NCBI RefSeq assembly: GCF_000009045.1 | Contig: NC_000964.3 | Coordinates: 3,300,001-3,332,000 of the forward strand | DNA length: 32,000 nt | Reading direction: 5' to 3' | Source: Bacillus subtilis subsp. subtilis str. 168 | GTDB taxonomy: Bacteria > Bacillota > Bacilli > Bacillales > Bacillaceae | In this document: in pieces, positions 1-10,762 of the stretch | Position numbering within the stretch: the first letter of the stretch is position 1 | How the letters are laid out: each line of letters opens with the position of its first letter | Program-made: the position numbers and the translations under genes | Notes under the pieces: generated by a model | The model's input: only the letters and a program-made list of their open reading frames with translations | What the model was told of the DNA's origin: nothing | The model's database searches: none

Positions 1-11
1 TTTTTAATAAA

Positions 12-33
12 GAAAACCCGCTTCCGCGGGTTT

Positions 34-35
<2 letters not shown>
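12..35 (-). terminator. Rho-independent terminator overlapping the end of yumB
   Basis: AACCCGC-TTCC-GCGGGTT hairpin flanked by A-rich and T-rich runs. Confidence 0.75.
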
Positions 36-1323
<1,288 letters not shown>

Positions 1324-1585
1324 TTATTGGCGGGATTTTATGAAATATATTGAAAAGTTTTTTGTGAAGTCCTTACCCGTAGCACTATTATCATGTTTAT
1401 CCGGCTGGCCCAAGAAACATTCAGAAAAAGATCATTTCATTTGGTTATTATCGTAGCGGCCTGCGGAAATATTTTCAAGAACGGATGGGCACGTTAGATC
1501 CTTACGATTTTTTCTGCTGACTCGTCAATTTGAACGGCAATATGGTATAATTAATAACAATTTTCATTTAGGAGGCAATTTTCGT

Positions 1586-2584
1586 ATGCGAGAGGATACA
1601 AAGGTTTATGATATTACAATTATAGGCGGGGGACCGGTCGGCTTATTCACCGCTTTTTACGGCGGGATGAGACAGGCAAGCGTCAAAATTATCGAAAGCC
1701 TGCCTCAGCTCGGCGGACAGCTTAGCGCCCTATACCCTGAGAAGTATATATATGATGTAGCGGGATTCCCGAAAATCCGCGCGCAAGAGCTTATCAATAA
1801 CCTAAAAGAGCAAATGGCGAAATTCGACCAAACCATTTGTCTGGAGCAAGCGGTTGAATCTGTTGAGAAACAAGCGGACGGCGTGTTTAAGCTTGTAACA
1901 AATGAAGAAACCCACTACTCTAAAACGGTCATCATAACTGCAGGAAACGGCGCATTCAAACCGAGAAAGCTGGAACTTGAAAATGCCGAGCAGTATGAAG
2001 GCAAAAACCTCCATTACTTCGTTGATGATCTGCAAAAATTCGCCGGCAGACGCGTTGCGATCCTTGGCGGTGGAGATTCCGCGGTTGACTGGGCGCTTAT
2101 GCTTGAGCCAATCGCAAAAGAAGTATCGATCATTCACCGCCGCGACAAGTTCCGAGCGCACGAGCACAGTGTGGAAAACCTTCATGCGTCGAAGGTTAAT
2201 GTCCTGACACCATTCGTCCCTGCGGAGCTGATCGGCGAAGACAAAATCGAACAGCTAGTGCTTGAAGAAGTGAAAGGCGACCGCAAAGAGATTTTAGAAA
2301 TTGATGACTTAATCGTCAACTACGGTTTCGTTTCATCTCTTGGACCGATCAAAAACTGGGGCCTGGACATCGAGAAAAATTCCATTGTCGTGAAATCAAC
2401 AATGGAAACAAATATCGAAGGCTTCTTTGCAGCAGGTGACATTTGTACATACGAAGGAAAAGTCAACCTGATTGCCAGCGGCTTCGGCGAGGCACCGACA
2501 GCAGTGAACAACGCCAAGGCTTACATGGACCCGAAAGCCCGCGTACAGCCTCTTCACTCAACAAGTCTTTTTGAAAATAAATAA
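1586..2584 (+). CDS. yumC: Ferredoxin/flavodoxin-NADP+ reductase of thioredoxin reductase-like type (332 aa)
   Basis: [13 protein letters not shown] motif, [13 protein letters not shown] motif and FFAAGDIC C-terminal FAD motif. SD AGGAGG precedes the ATG. No redox-active CxxC, as expected for the YumC-type FNR. Confidence 0.95.
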   Translation: MREDTKVYDITIIGGGPVGLFTAFYGGMRQASVKIIESLPQLGGQLSALYPEKYIYDVAGFPKIRAQELINNLKEQMAKFDQTICLEQAVESVEKQADGVFKLVTNEETHYSKTVIITAGNGAFKPRKLELENAEQYEGKNLHYFVDDLQKFAGRRVAILGGGDSAVDWALMLEPIAKEVSIIHRRDKFRAHEHSVENLHASKVNVLTPFVPAELIGEDKIEQLVLEEVKGDRKEILEIDDLIVNYGFVSSLGPIKNWGLDIEKNSIVVKSTMETNIEGFFAAGDICTYEGKVNLIASGFGEAPTAVNNAKAYMDPKARVQPLHSTSLFENK

Positions 2585-2586
2585 TA

Positions 2587-2626
2587 AAAAAAGGAGCTTG
2601 TGTCTGCGACACAGCTCCTTTTTTAT
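2587..2626. terminator. Bidirectional terminator between convergent yumC and yuzG
   Basis: AAAAGGAGCTTGTGTC-TGC-GACACAGCTCCTTTT hairpin with A-run on one side and T-run on the other. Confidence 0.88.
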
Positions 2627-2763
2627 TTGAAGATATTTATATAATTCAATGCAGTTCCTACAACCAGCGCAATCACAAGGGCTGCGACTACCCAGATCAT
2701 TGCCATAATAATGCGGTCCTGAATCTTTTGGGACTTCGGTGTTTTTTCTTCGTTTTGGGCCAT
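2623..2763 (-). CDS. yuzG: Small single-pass membrane protein YuzG (46 aa): MAQNEEKTPKSQKIQDRIIMAMIWVVAALVIALVVGTALNYINIFK
   Basis: Translated by hand; below the track length cut-off. SD AAAGGAG upstream of the ATG, clear hydrophobic helix, stop codon embedded in the terminator stem/tail. Confidence 0.85.
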   Translation of the reverse strand: MAQNEEKTPKSQKIQDRIIMAMIWVVAALVIALVVGTALNYINIFK

Positions 2764-2882
2764 CTTATTCGCTCCTTTCCCATGTCCATGCCATAAAGAA
2801 AGCCTGGTGCTGAACGACCAAGCTTTGCTGAACGTATATCATTCGCGTTTTGATCCGCTCTCTAAGACCATTCGTTAAAACT

Positions 2883-2911
2883 ATGATACCTAAACTCACC
2901 CTGCATGACAA
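2883..2911 (-). promoter_or_regulatory. Candidate sigma-A promoter for yuzG
   Basis: Minus strand TTGTCA - 17 bp - TATCAT. Confidence 0.55.
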
Positions 2912-2953
2912 GCTTCGGCACTTGCACCACACCTGCCAGCAAATCATAATGTT

Positions 2954-2982
2954 TGACATCCTAAATAAAACAGAGTACATTA
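2954..2982 (+). promoter_or_regulatory. Candidate sigma-A promoter for guaC
   Basis: TTGACA - 17 bp - TACATT directly upstream of the CGAAC-type boxes. Confidence 0.6.
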
Positions 2983-2984
2983 TA

Positions 2985-3028
2985 TAAGGCGAACATTTCA
3001 TATATTATACTTTTAAATATTCGTTTTT
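2985..3028. promoter_or_regulatory. Candidate PurR operator: inverted pair of PurR-box-like sequences upstream of guaC
   Basis: TAAGGCGAACATT (2985-2997) and, inverted, AATATTCGTTTTT (3016-3028) compared with recalled consensus AWWWCCGAACWWT; 10/13 and 11/13 matches, 18 bp apart. guaC is an established PurR regulon member. Confidence 0.6.
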
Positions 3029-3041
3029 AGGAGTGAAAACC

Positions 3042-4022
3042 ATGGAAAACGTATTTGATTACGAAGATATTCAGCTAATTCCTGCAAAATGCATTGTGAA
3101 TAGCCGTTCAGAATGTGATACATCCGTACGTTTAGGCGGACATACATTTAAATTGCCCGTCGTCCCTGCCAATATGCAGACGATTATAGATGAAAAACTA
3201 GCGATTTCATTAGCCGAAAATGGCTACTTTTATGTGATGCACCGATTTGAGCCTGAGACACGAATTGATTTTATTAAAGATATGAACGCACGCGGGTTAT
3301 TCTCTTCTATCAGCGTGGGCGTCAAAGATGAGGAGTATGAATTTGTCCGCCAGCTGGCAGAAGAAAATCTGACTCCTGAATACGTGACAATTGACATTGC
3401 TCACGGGCACTCAAATGCTGTCATTGAAATGATCCAGCACCTTAAAAAACATTTGCCGGACAGCTTTGTTATTGCTGGCAATGTCGGAACGCCGGAAGCG
3501 GTCAGAGAGCTTGAAAATGCGGGAGCGGATGCCACTAAAGTCGGCATCGGACCGGGAAAAGTATGTATTACGAAAATCAAAACAGGCTTCGGCACAGGCG
3601 GCTGGCAATTAGCAGCGCTGCGCTGGTGTGCCAAGGCTGCCAGCAAACCGATTATCGCGGATGGCGGCATCCGCACCCATGGCGACATCGCAAAATCAAT
3701 CCGATTCGGCGCAACGATGGTCATGATCGGTTCACTATTTGCCGGACACGAAGAATCGCCAGGCCAAACGATCGAAAAAGACGGAAAGCTTTACAAGGAG
3801 TACTTCGGCTCAGCCTCTGAATTCCAAAAAGGCGAAAAGAAAAATGTCGAAGGCAAAAAAATGCACGTGGCGCATAAAGGCTCAATCAAGGATACACTGA
3901 TTGAAATGGAGCAGGATCTTCAATCTTCTATTTCTTATGCAGGCGGAACAAAGCTTAACGCCATCCGCAATGTGGATTATGTGATTGTGAAGAATTCCAT
4001 TTTTAATGGGGATAAATATTAA
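3042..4022 (+). CDS. guaC: GMP reductase (326 aa from [11 protein letters not shown])
   Basis: IMPDH/GMPR motif [11 protein letters not shown] and substrate-binding region [23 protein letters not shown] before the ATG at 3042. Confidence 0.95.
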   Translation: MENVFDYEDIQLIPAKCIVNSRSECDTSVRLGGHTFKLPVVPANMQTIIDEKLAISLAENGYFYVMHRFEPETRIDFIKDMNARGLFSSISVGVKDEEYEFVRQLAEENLTPEYVTIDIAHGHSNAVIEMIQHLKKHLPDSFVIAGNVGTPEAVRELENAGADATKVGIGPGKVCITKIKTGFGTGGWQLAALRWCAKAASKPIIADGGIRTHGDIAKSIRFGATMVMIGSLFAGHEESPGQTIEKDGKLYKEYFGSASEFQKGEKKNVEGKKMHVAHKGSIKDTLIEMEQDLQSSISYAGGTKLNAIRNVDYVIVKNSIFNGDKY

Positions 4023-4026
4023 TCAT

Positions 4027-4071
4027 AAAAAAACGCCAAGTCAGCGGTTCTCCGCTTGAGTTGGCGTTTTC
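4027..4071 (+). terminator. guaC terminator
   Basis: AAAACGCCAAGTCAGCGG-TTCT-CCGCTTGAGTTGGCGTTTT hairpin. Confidence 0.85.
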
Positions 4072-4095
4072 TGCTACTTCTTCAGCAAAGTAAGC

Positions 4096-4719
4096 TTATA
4101 TTTGCTTTTTGAGTTTATCTTCCATCAGTTCTGCCATTTGTTTTGCATTTGGATTTTCTTCATTTTGCAACTGTTCAATGACGTTCATATAATCCGTTTC
4201 ATTTCGGTTCTGGCTTAATTTATATGCCGCTTGAATGTCTTCCACCTTAATCTTAAATCCAACAATACCTTTCAATTCACTTTCTAAGAGTTTTGGAGAA
4301 AGCTTATCCCATAACACAGGATTGTCACGATGTTTTTCGTATTTCTCCAACATGATTGTTAATTCTTCTGCTAATTCATCTTTCTCTAACATACTTGCTT
4401 TTCCATACATGTGGACAGCCTGATAATTCCACGTCGGAACATTTTCGCGCGAATACCAGGAAGAAGAAATATAAGCGTGCGGTCCCTGAAACATCACAAG
4501 CACATCTTCACAGGCTTCAAACGTTCTCCACTGAGGATTTCCATAAGCGAAATGCCCCGTAATATAGTAATGATCGTCTTTTTTATTGAATCCTAACGGC
4601 AAATGTGTGGCAATTGGTTTTCCTTGTTCTGTTGTGACAACCGTACCAAAGGAGTTTTCTTGTACAAAATTCCAAATTTCTTCAGCATTTGTGACTTTAA
4701 AATATTTTGGAATATACAT
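4096..4719 (-). CDS. paiB: PaiB, transcriptional regulator/FMN-binding split-barrel family (207 aa from MYIPKYFKV)
   Basis: Recognised sequence next to paiA. Triple ATG after SD GAAGGGTGG; the third ATG has the best spacing. Confidence 0.9.
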   Translation of the reverse strand: MYIPKYFKVTNAEEIWNFVQENSFGTVVTTEQGKPIATHLPLGFNKKDDHYYITGHFAYGNPQWRTFEACEDVLVMFQGPHAYISSSWYSRENVPTWNYQAVHMYGKASMLEKDELAEELTIMLEKYEKHRDNPVLWDKLSPKLLESELKGIVGFKIKVEDIQAAYKLSQNRNETDYMNVIEQLQNEENPNAKQMAELMEDKLKKQI

Positions 4720-4742
4720 CATCATCCACCCTTCGAAAAATA

Positions 4743-5270
<528 letters not shown>

Positions 5271-5310
5271 TCAGCCCCTTTATTTAAAATTCAATTGTCT
5301 TGTGTCCCTT

Positions 5311-5370
5311 TTATATATTTAAACACGGAACACATACTGACCTTGTTACCATTCCAAAAATCTTCTTCAT
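5311..5370 (-). other. Putative 19-codon leader ORF upstream of paiA: MKKIFGMVTRSVCVPCLNI
   Basis: ATG preceded by GGGAG with suitable spacing, TAA stop at 5311, located between the predicted promoter and paiA. Confidence 0.35.
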
Positions 5371-5389
5371 CACCAACTCCCTATCGTGA

Positions 5390-5459
5390 TTTTGTTGTAA
5401 ATGCAATAAAATATACTCCGCATTAAATATATCGTAACTTTGCTGTATTTACAACAAAA
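5390..5459. promoter_or_regulatory. Spaced 13-bp perfect inverted repeat flanking a predicted paiA promoter
   Basis: TTTTGTTGTAAAT (5390-5402) and ATTTACAACAAAA (5447-5459). Minus strand TTGTAA (5449-5454) - 17 bp - TATATT (5426-5431). Confidence 0.6.
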
Positions 5460-5526
5460 ATCAAACAACAAAGCAGCGTTTCTCTTGCCGAAGTTCCCGG
5501 AACTCTCTGCATCATTTCCCCATAAT

Positions 5527-5569
5527 AAAAACGCCTCCCTTAACGATGATTTATCGCTAAGAAAAGCGT
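5527..5569 (-). terminator. yutM terminator
   Basis: Minus strand ACGCTTTTCTTAGCGAT-AAATC-ATCGTTAAGGGAGGCGT followed by TTTTA; imperfect long hairpin. Confidence 0.7.
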
Positions 5570-5598
5570 CAGTAATAGTTGCTATCCGTTTTTAGTGC

Positions 5599-5961
5599 TT
5601 AGCACTCTTCAGGCTTGCCTGCATTCGTTGCTGTTCTGAACGAAGAACCGCAGCCGCATGAAGCGATGGCGTTTGGATTGTCGATGGTGAAGCCGCCGCC
5701 GAGCATGGATTGTTTATAATCAATCACGGTGCCGTTCATGATGTCAAGGCTTTCTTTGTCAACTAGAACAGTGATGCCGTGCTGATCAAACACACTGTCT
5801 GATTCACTCTTTTCATGCTCAAAGCCCATGCCGTAAGAAAGTCCGCTGCAGCCGCCGCCTTTGACGCCTACACGCAGAAACGCGTTTTCTTCTTCATGCT
5901 CTTTCATCATATCTTTTATATGCAAAGCTGCTGCTTCTGTAATTGTTACCGGGTTGCTCAT
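5599..5961 (-). CDS. yutM: A-type iron-sulfur carrier (SufA/IscA/ErpA family) YutM (120 aa)
   Basis: Conserved cysteines GGGCSGLSY and CGCGSSF. SD AAAGGAGG upstream of the ATG; track start 6033 (TTG) trimmed. Confidence 0.92.
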   Translation of the reverse strand: MSNPVTITEAAALHIKDMMKEHEEENAFLRVGVKGGGCSGLSYGMGFEHEKSESDSVFDQHGITVLVDKESLDIMNGTVIDYKQSMLGGGFTIDNPNAIASCGCGSSFRTATNAGKPEEC

Positions 5962-6039
5962 CATTATGAACCTCCTTTTAAAAACCGGTTGCTGTCTTTT
6001 ATTATAAACATGATCGTTCCAATTCTCAAACAAGGTGTT

Positions 6040-6894
6040 TTACAAGAAATAGACACCCTCACAAACGGTTTCAGCCGGCCCTGTCATCATTACATGGCCG
6101 TTATCTTTCCAGTTTATCACCAAATCCCCGCCTGCTAAATGCACCGTGATGTCTTGATTTCGCTTTGATACGCCGTTTAATACAGATGCGACTGCCGCTG
6201 CACATGCTCCTGTCCCGCATGCCTGAGTAATCCCTGATCCCCGTTCCCAGACGCGGAAATGCAATTCTTGTTCATTCACGGTTTCAACGAATTCCACATT
6301 GATGCCTTCCGGAAATCTCGGATCTTTCTCAATCACCGGCCCCAGTGTCGTTAAGGGTGCCTGTTCAATGTCTGCGATCGGAAAAACGATATGCGGATTT
6401 CCCATTGAAACGGCAGTGCCTGTTAGTTCTACTTCACCAAATGCCATCGTTTCATTGATTGTGTGCTCTTCCCCGCCGTCAAGCATAGGAAGCTCGGATT
6501 TTGTCAAGCGCGGTTCGCCCATATCGACAGTGACCACATTCACTTTTCCGTTTTCGACTTGAACCTCCGCTTTCACAAGCCCGGAGAGAGTTTCAATCAG
6601 AAAAGATGTTTCCTCAACCAGCTTATGCTCATATGCGTATTTTGCGACGCAGCGCAGGCCGTTGCCGCAGTTTTTCCCTTCAGACCCGTCATTATTAAAA
6701 ATCCGCATTTTAACAGGCGCTTGGTCTGATGGGCATATCAGGATCATTCCGTCGGATCCGATCCCTGTATAAACAGAAGAAACCTGAATTGCAATCTCTG
6801 ACAGTTTTTCTTCTGGAAGCTGTTCTTCAAATTGATTCACATAAATATAACTGTTTCCCAGGCCGTGCATTTTGGTAAATCGAAATGAGTTCAT
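6040..6894 (-). CDS. dapF: Diaminopimelate epimerase (284 aa)
   Basis: Catalytic-cysteine motifs GNGLRC and [18 protein letters not shown]; start at [14 protein letters not shown]. Confidence 0.96.
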   Translation of the reverse strand: MNSFRFTKMHGLGNSYIYVNQFEEQLPEEKLSEIAIQVSSVYTGIGSDGMILICPSDQAPVKMRIFNNDGSEGKNCGNGLRCVAKYAYEHKLVEETSFLIETLSGLVKAEVQVENGKVNVVTVDMGEPRLTKSELPMLDGGEEHTINETMAFGEVELTGTAVSMGNPHIVFPIADIEQAPLTTLGPVIEKDPRFPEGINVEFVETVNEQELHFRVWERGSGITQACGTGACAAAVASVLNGVSKRNQDITVHLAGGDLVINWKDNGHVMMTGPAETVCEGVYFL

Positions 6895-6978
6895 AGGTGC
6901 CTCCAACTTTTTTTCTTTTTCTTAGTATAAAAGCTATTATAAGCGGACACAATACAATTATCCCCCGTTTTTCATACA

Positions 6979-7014
6979 TAAAAGCTCCTTGCACTGACGC
7001 AAGGAGCTTTTATC
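6979..7014 (-). terminator. yutK terminator
   Basis: AAAAGCTCCTTGC-ACTGAC-GCAAGGAGCTTTT hairpin. Confidence 0.85.
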
Positions 7015-7016
7015 GT

Positions 7017-8231
7017 TTATATAAACATGCCGGCAATGGCTGCGCTGAGCAGATTGGCTAATGTTCCTGCAAGAACAGCCTTCAGGCCGAGACGTGCGAT
7101 ATCTGAACGGCGGCTGGGCGCTAAACCGCCAAGCGTACCAAGCATAATCGCAATTGATGAAAAATTGGCGAATCCGCATAACGCGAAACTGATAATGGTA
7201 GCAGTTTTCTTAGAAAACTCGCCGATGTGCGAACCGAAGTTAGAATAAGCGACAAACTCATTCAGCACCAATTTCTGGCCGATATAGCTTCCCGCCTGCA
7301 ATGCTTCATGCCAAGGCACGCCAATCAAAAAGGCGATAGGAGAAAACACATAGCCGAGAATGGATTCTAATGTTACGCCTTTTAAACCGAACAAGCCGAA
7401 AGCCCCGCCGAGAATACCGTTTACTACAGCGATTAACGCAACAAACGCAAGCAGCATCGCCCCAACATTTAACGCAATTTGCAGTCCTGTTGACGCTCCC
7501 TTTGCAGCTGCGTCAATGACATTGGCTGCGCCTTCGCCTTCATCCATTTTGAAATCGCTTTTTACGGTTTGCGTTTTTTCCGTTTCGGGTATAATCAATT
7601 TACCAAAGACTAGTCCAGCTGGAGCAGCCATAAAGCTGGCCGCCAGCAAGTACTCAATCGGAATACCGAGAAGCGCGTACCCAAACAAGGTAGATCCCGC
7701 AACTGCCGATAGACCGCTCGTCATAATCGTAAACAACTCAGAGCGCGTCAGCCCGGCAATCAGGGGTTTGATCACTAACGGAGATTCTGATTGTCCTACA
7801 AAAATATTGGCAGCAGCCGCCAGAGATTCCGTTTTGCTTGTTCCAAGGAGCTTCGACAATCCGCCGCCAATGACACGGAAAACGAGCTGCATGATTTTCA
7901 AATGATATAAAACTGCAATCAGTGCTGAGAAGAAAATGATAACGGGCAGTACACTTAATGCAAATGCCGGACTGTCTCCGACCTTTAGAAGCGGTCCAAA
8001 AATAAAACTGATGCCTTCATTCGCATAGTCAATCAGAAGCTGTACACGGCTTGAAAACCATAAAAAAACAGCGCGTCCCGCTTCCCATTTCAACACGATG
8101 TATCCAAACGCCACCTGTGTGCATAAACCAACGATGACGGTTCTTATCTTAATATTGCTTTTCTTTTCTGAAAATAAAAACGCGATAGCAATGATCGCAA
8201 CTGCGCCCAGCAGCCCCCACAGAACATTCAT
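7017..8231 (-). CDS. yutK: NupC-family concentrative nucleoside transporter YutK (404 aa)
   Basis: Multi-spanning hydrophobic protein with the NupC/CNT family region NIFVGQSESPLVIKPL. Confidence 0.92.
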   Translation of the reverse strand: MNVLWGLLGAVAIIAIAFLFSEKKSNIKIRTVIVGLCTQVAFGYIVLKWEAGRAVFLWFSSRVQLLIDYANEGISFIFGPLLKVGDSPAFALSVLPVIIFFSALIAVLYHLKIMQLVFRVIGGGLSKLLGTSKTESLAAAANIFVGQSESPLVIKPLIAGLTRSELFTIMTSGLSAVAGSTLFGYALLGIPIEYLLAASFMAAPAGLVFGKLIIPETEKTQTVKSDFKMDEGEGAANVIDAAAKGASTGLQIALNVGAMLLAFVALIAVVNGILGGAFGLFGLKGVTLESILGYVFSPIAFLIGVPWHEALQAGSYIGQKLVLNEFVAYSNFGSHIGEFSKKTATIISFALCGFANFSSIAIMLGTLGGLAPSRRSDIARLGLKAVLAGTLANLLSAAIAGMFI

Positions 8232-8340
8232 GAATACTCGTACACCTCTTAAATTTTATTTAAAAAAATATCTTTTATACGATAACAATAATATTTTTTG
8301 ATGTCTACACATTTTTTTAGTTCTTTTGTACGGCAAAATA

Positions 8341-8367
8341 AAAAAGGGCCTGTCCAGGCCCTTTTCT
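8341..8367 (-). terminator. yuzB terminator
   Basis: AAAAGGGCCTG-TC-CAGGCCCTTTT hairpin. Confidence 0.85.
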
Positions 8368-8604
8368 TTAAAACATTGGATTTTCTTCAATAAAGGTATA
8401 TATATTCTCAACAAGCTCAGCAGGCGTTTCACCCATGACGACTTCTCCGTTTACCAGAGCGAAAAGCGATTCCATACATGTCCCGCAGTAGCTTAAGCAG
8501 CCATATTCAAGGACATCAAGGTTGGGATCCTTCTCCAAAATCGCCCGGGCTTCCTGAGAGCCGTGAGCCAGATTGCTGACACAAAATTCAATCATTGGAT
8601 TCAT
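8368..8604 (-). CDS. yuzB: DUF1450 protein YuzB (78 aa), thioredoxin-like/ferredoxin-like small protein
   Basis: Recognised sequence, conserved C-X4-C (CLSYCGTC region). Confidence 0.85.
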   Translation of the reverse strand: MNPMIEFCVSNLAHGSQEARAILEKDPNLDVLEYGCLSYCGTCMESLFALVNGEVVMGETPAELVENIYTFIEENPMF

Positions 8605-8762
8605 GCGGTTTCACCTCACATATGTCCATTATCGCGAATTTTTCACTATTCGTCAAAGACAACGGATGATTCAAAATTTATTATCGTAACATATTATTTC
8701 TCAAATAACGTTTTACTAATTTGTGTTTTCAGGCTAAATTGTAGGTTATTTTGAAACTATTA

Positions 8763-8791
8763 TTGTGATTTTAGATCAAATTCGATATAAT
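8763..8791 (+). promoter_or_regulatory. Candidate sigma-A promoter of yutJ
   Basis: TTGTGA - 17 bp - TATAAT, 75 bp upstream of the yutJ ATG. Confidence 0.7.
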
Positions 8792-8866
8792 TCTAGATGT
8801 TATTTTACATAGTTCGTATTTTCTTCAATGTATCTATCATACTCTTCGGATTAAAGGGGAATTCAA

Positions 8867-9934
8867 ATGAAAAAATTGGTCTTGATCGGCGGAGGTTACG
8901 GGAACATGCGCGTTCTTCATCGCTTATTGCCAAACCAGCTGCCTGATGATGTTTCAATCACGTTAATTGACAGAAATCCTTATCACTGCTTGAAAACAGA
9001 ATATTATGCCCTTGCCGCAGGCACAATTTCTGACCATCATATCAGAGTGTCATTCCCAGAGCACCCTCGCCTGGATGTCCAATACGGTGATATCACATCA
9101 ATTGATATTGTACAAAAACAAGTGCTGTTCCAAGATCGTGAACCGATTTCTTACGATGACGCCATAATCGGGCTCGGCTGTGAGGATAAATATCACAACG
9201 TGCCGGGAGCGCCTGAATTCACCTACAGTATTCAAACCATCGATCAGTCCCGCGAAACCTACCAAAAGCTGAATAATCTGAGCGCTAATGCCACCGTCGC
9301 CATTGTCGGAGCGGGCTTAAGCGGCGTTGAGCTTGCAAGTGAATTGAGAGAAAGCCGTGATGACCTGAACATTATTTTGTTCGACCGCGGTAATCTCATT
9401 TTATCAAGCTTTCCCGAGCGTTTAAGCAAATATGTGCAAAAATGGTTCGAAGAGCACGGTGTCCGCATTATTAACAGGGCAAATATCACAAAAGTAGAAG
9501 AAGGCGTTGTGTATAACCACGATGATCCGATTTCTGCAGACGCCATCGTGTGGACAGCCGGCATCCAGCCAAACAAAGTCGTCAGAGACTTAGATGTGGA
9601 GAAGGACGCACAAGGGCGTATTGTATTAACGCCTCATCATAATCTTCCAGGTGATGAACATCTGTACGTTGTCGGCGATTGCGCCAGTCTTCCTCATGCA
9701 CCGAGCGCCCAGCTGGCAGAGGCTCAAGCAGAGCAGATTGTCCAAATCTTGCAAAAACGCTGGAATGGAGAAGCCCTGCCTGAATCAATGCCGCAGTTTA
9801 AGCTGAAAGGCGTCCTCGGTTCACTCGGAAAAAAAGCCGGCTTCGGGCTTGTTGCTGACCGTCCGCTGATCGGCCGTGTTCCGCGTATGCTGAAATCCGG
9901 CTTGCTGTGGATGTATAAACACCATAACGGTTAA
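8867..9934 (+). CDS. yutJ: Type II NADH dehydrogenase-like oxidoreductase YutJ (355 aa)
   Basis: LIGGGYGNM and IVGAGLSGVELA dinucleotide-binding motifs; paralog of YumB in the same window. Confidence 0.93.
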   Translation: MKKLVLIGGGYGNMRVLHRLLPNQLPDDVSITLIDRNPYHCLKTEYYALAAGTISDHHIRVSFPEHPRLDVQYGDITSIDIVQKQVLFQDREPISYDDAIIGLGCEDKYHNVPGAPEFTYSIQTIDQSRETYQKLNNLSANATVAIVGAGLSGVELASELRESRDDLNIILFDRGNLILSSFPERLSKYVQKWFEEHGVRIINRANITKVEEGVVYNHDDPISADAIVWTAGIQPNKVVRDLDVEKDAQGRIVLTPHHNLPGDEHLYVVGDCASLPHAPSAQLAEAQAEQIVQILQKRWNGEALPESMPQFKLKGVLGSLGKKAGFGLVADRPLIGRVPRMLKSGLLWMYKHHNG

Positions 9935-9942
9935 TGATAGAG

Positions 9943-9973
9943 AAGAACCGCTGATCAAGTCAGCGGTTTTCTG
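9943..9973. terminator. Bidirectional terminator between yutJ and yuzD
   Basis: AACCGCTGA-TCAAG-TCAGCGGTT hairpin; the yuzD stop lies in the stem. Confidence 0.8.
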
Positions 9974-10283
9974 TATACCCATGCTTCTCCATTTCCTCAT
10001 AAACGTCTTTTAATTTTGGATTGCCTTCACCGACAATTTTGTCTTCTACAAGCACAAGCGGATAAAAATACTCGTCATTTCTGATTTTTTCCGCAAGCTC
10101 TTTCGCATGTTCATTGTCAGGCGGCTCATGAATATCGATGTACTGCATCTCAAAAGGCTGATTTGGATATTTTCTTTTCAGCGCAGCCTCAAGCCACTCG
10201 TATGTATCCTTGGCTGTCGGCATATTTACACAGCTCGCACAAACGTTTTCTGCCCCGTACACGCTTAGCATGACTGGTTTCAT
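9960..10283 (-). CDS. yuzD: YuzD, DUF1462 small protein (107 aa from MKPVMLSVYGAENVCASC)
   Basis: CASC motif. G-rich SD (AGAAGGGGG) upstream of the ATG at 10283; the track start at 10421 is not supported. Confidence 0.85.
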   Translation of the reverse strand: MKPVMLSVYGAENVCASCVNMPTAKDTYEWLEAALKRKYPNQPFEMQYIDIHEPPDNEHAKELAEKIRNDEYFYPLVLVEDKIVGEGNPKLKDVYEEMEKHGYTENR

Positions 10284-10391
10284 CACTTGTAGACGCCCCC
10301 TTCTCCTATGTAAGTCCTTTCTTTTAAGTATACAGAGCCTAAGGGCGTTTTTATAGAAAAAAACCGTTTTTGTGTTGAAGTCTGAATGTGC

Positions 10392-10397
10392 TATAAT
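10392..10397 (+). promoter_or_regulatory. Extended -10 element (TGCTATAAT) of a yutI promoter
   Basis: TG-n-TATAAT with only a poor -35 (T-rich) upstream. Confidence 0.55.
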
Positions 10398-10484
10398 AGG
10401 GAAAGCAACTTTGCAAACCAAACAATAGATTTTTATTGTTACACTGAATATAATGGTTTTATGACGACGAAAGGAGCGAATGTC

Positions 10485-10721
10485 ATGACTGAAGTTGAAA
10501 TGAAAGAACAGGTGCAGGAAGTACTGGACAAACTTCGTCCGTTTTTACTTCGTGACGGCGGTGACTGTGAGCTTGTAGACGTAGATGAAGGTATCGTTAA
10601 GCTTCGTCTTCTAGGCGCATGCGGCAGCTGCCCAAGTTCAACAATTACGTTGAAAGCCGGAATTGAGCGCGCTCTTCTTGAAGAAGTGCCGGGTGTCGTT
10701 GAAGTAGAACAAGTCTTTTAA
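10485..10721 (+). CDS. yutI: NifU C-terminal (Nfu) type iron-sulfur scaffold/carrier YutI (78 aa from MTEVEMKEQ)
   Basis: CGSCPSS motif. SD AAAGGAG before the ATG at 10485. The track start at 10386 lies on the predicted -10. Confidence 0.88.
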
Positions 10722-10727
10722 TAAAGC

Positions 10728-10762
10728 AGCCAGGCTGATATTTGATCAGCCTGGCTTTTTTA
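10728..10762. terminator. Bidirectional terminator between yutI and yuxL
   Basis: AGCCAGGCTGAT-ATTTG-ATCAGCCTGGCT followed by TTTTTT. Confidence 0.9.

Noticed and set aside
2765-3001. 78-aa minus-strand ORF between yuzG and guaC
   Set aside because: Overlaps candidate promoters and the PurR-type boxes, no SD, no recognisable homology. Better explained as intergenic regulatory sequence plus the yuzG leader.
7360-7905. 181-aa plus-strand ORF antisense to yutK
   Set aside because: Shadow ORF of a transporter gene; no SD support or recognisable family.
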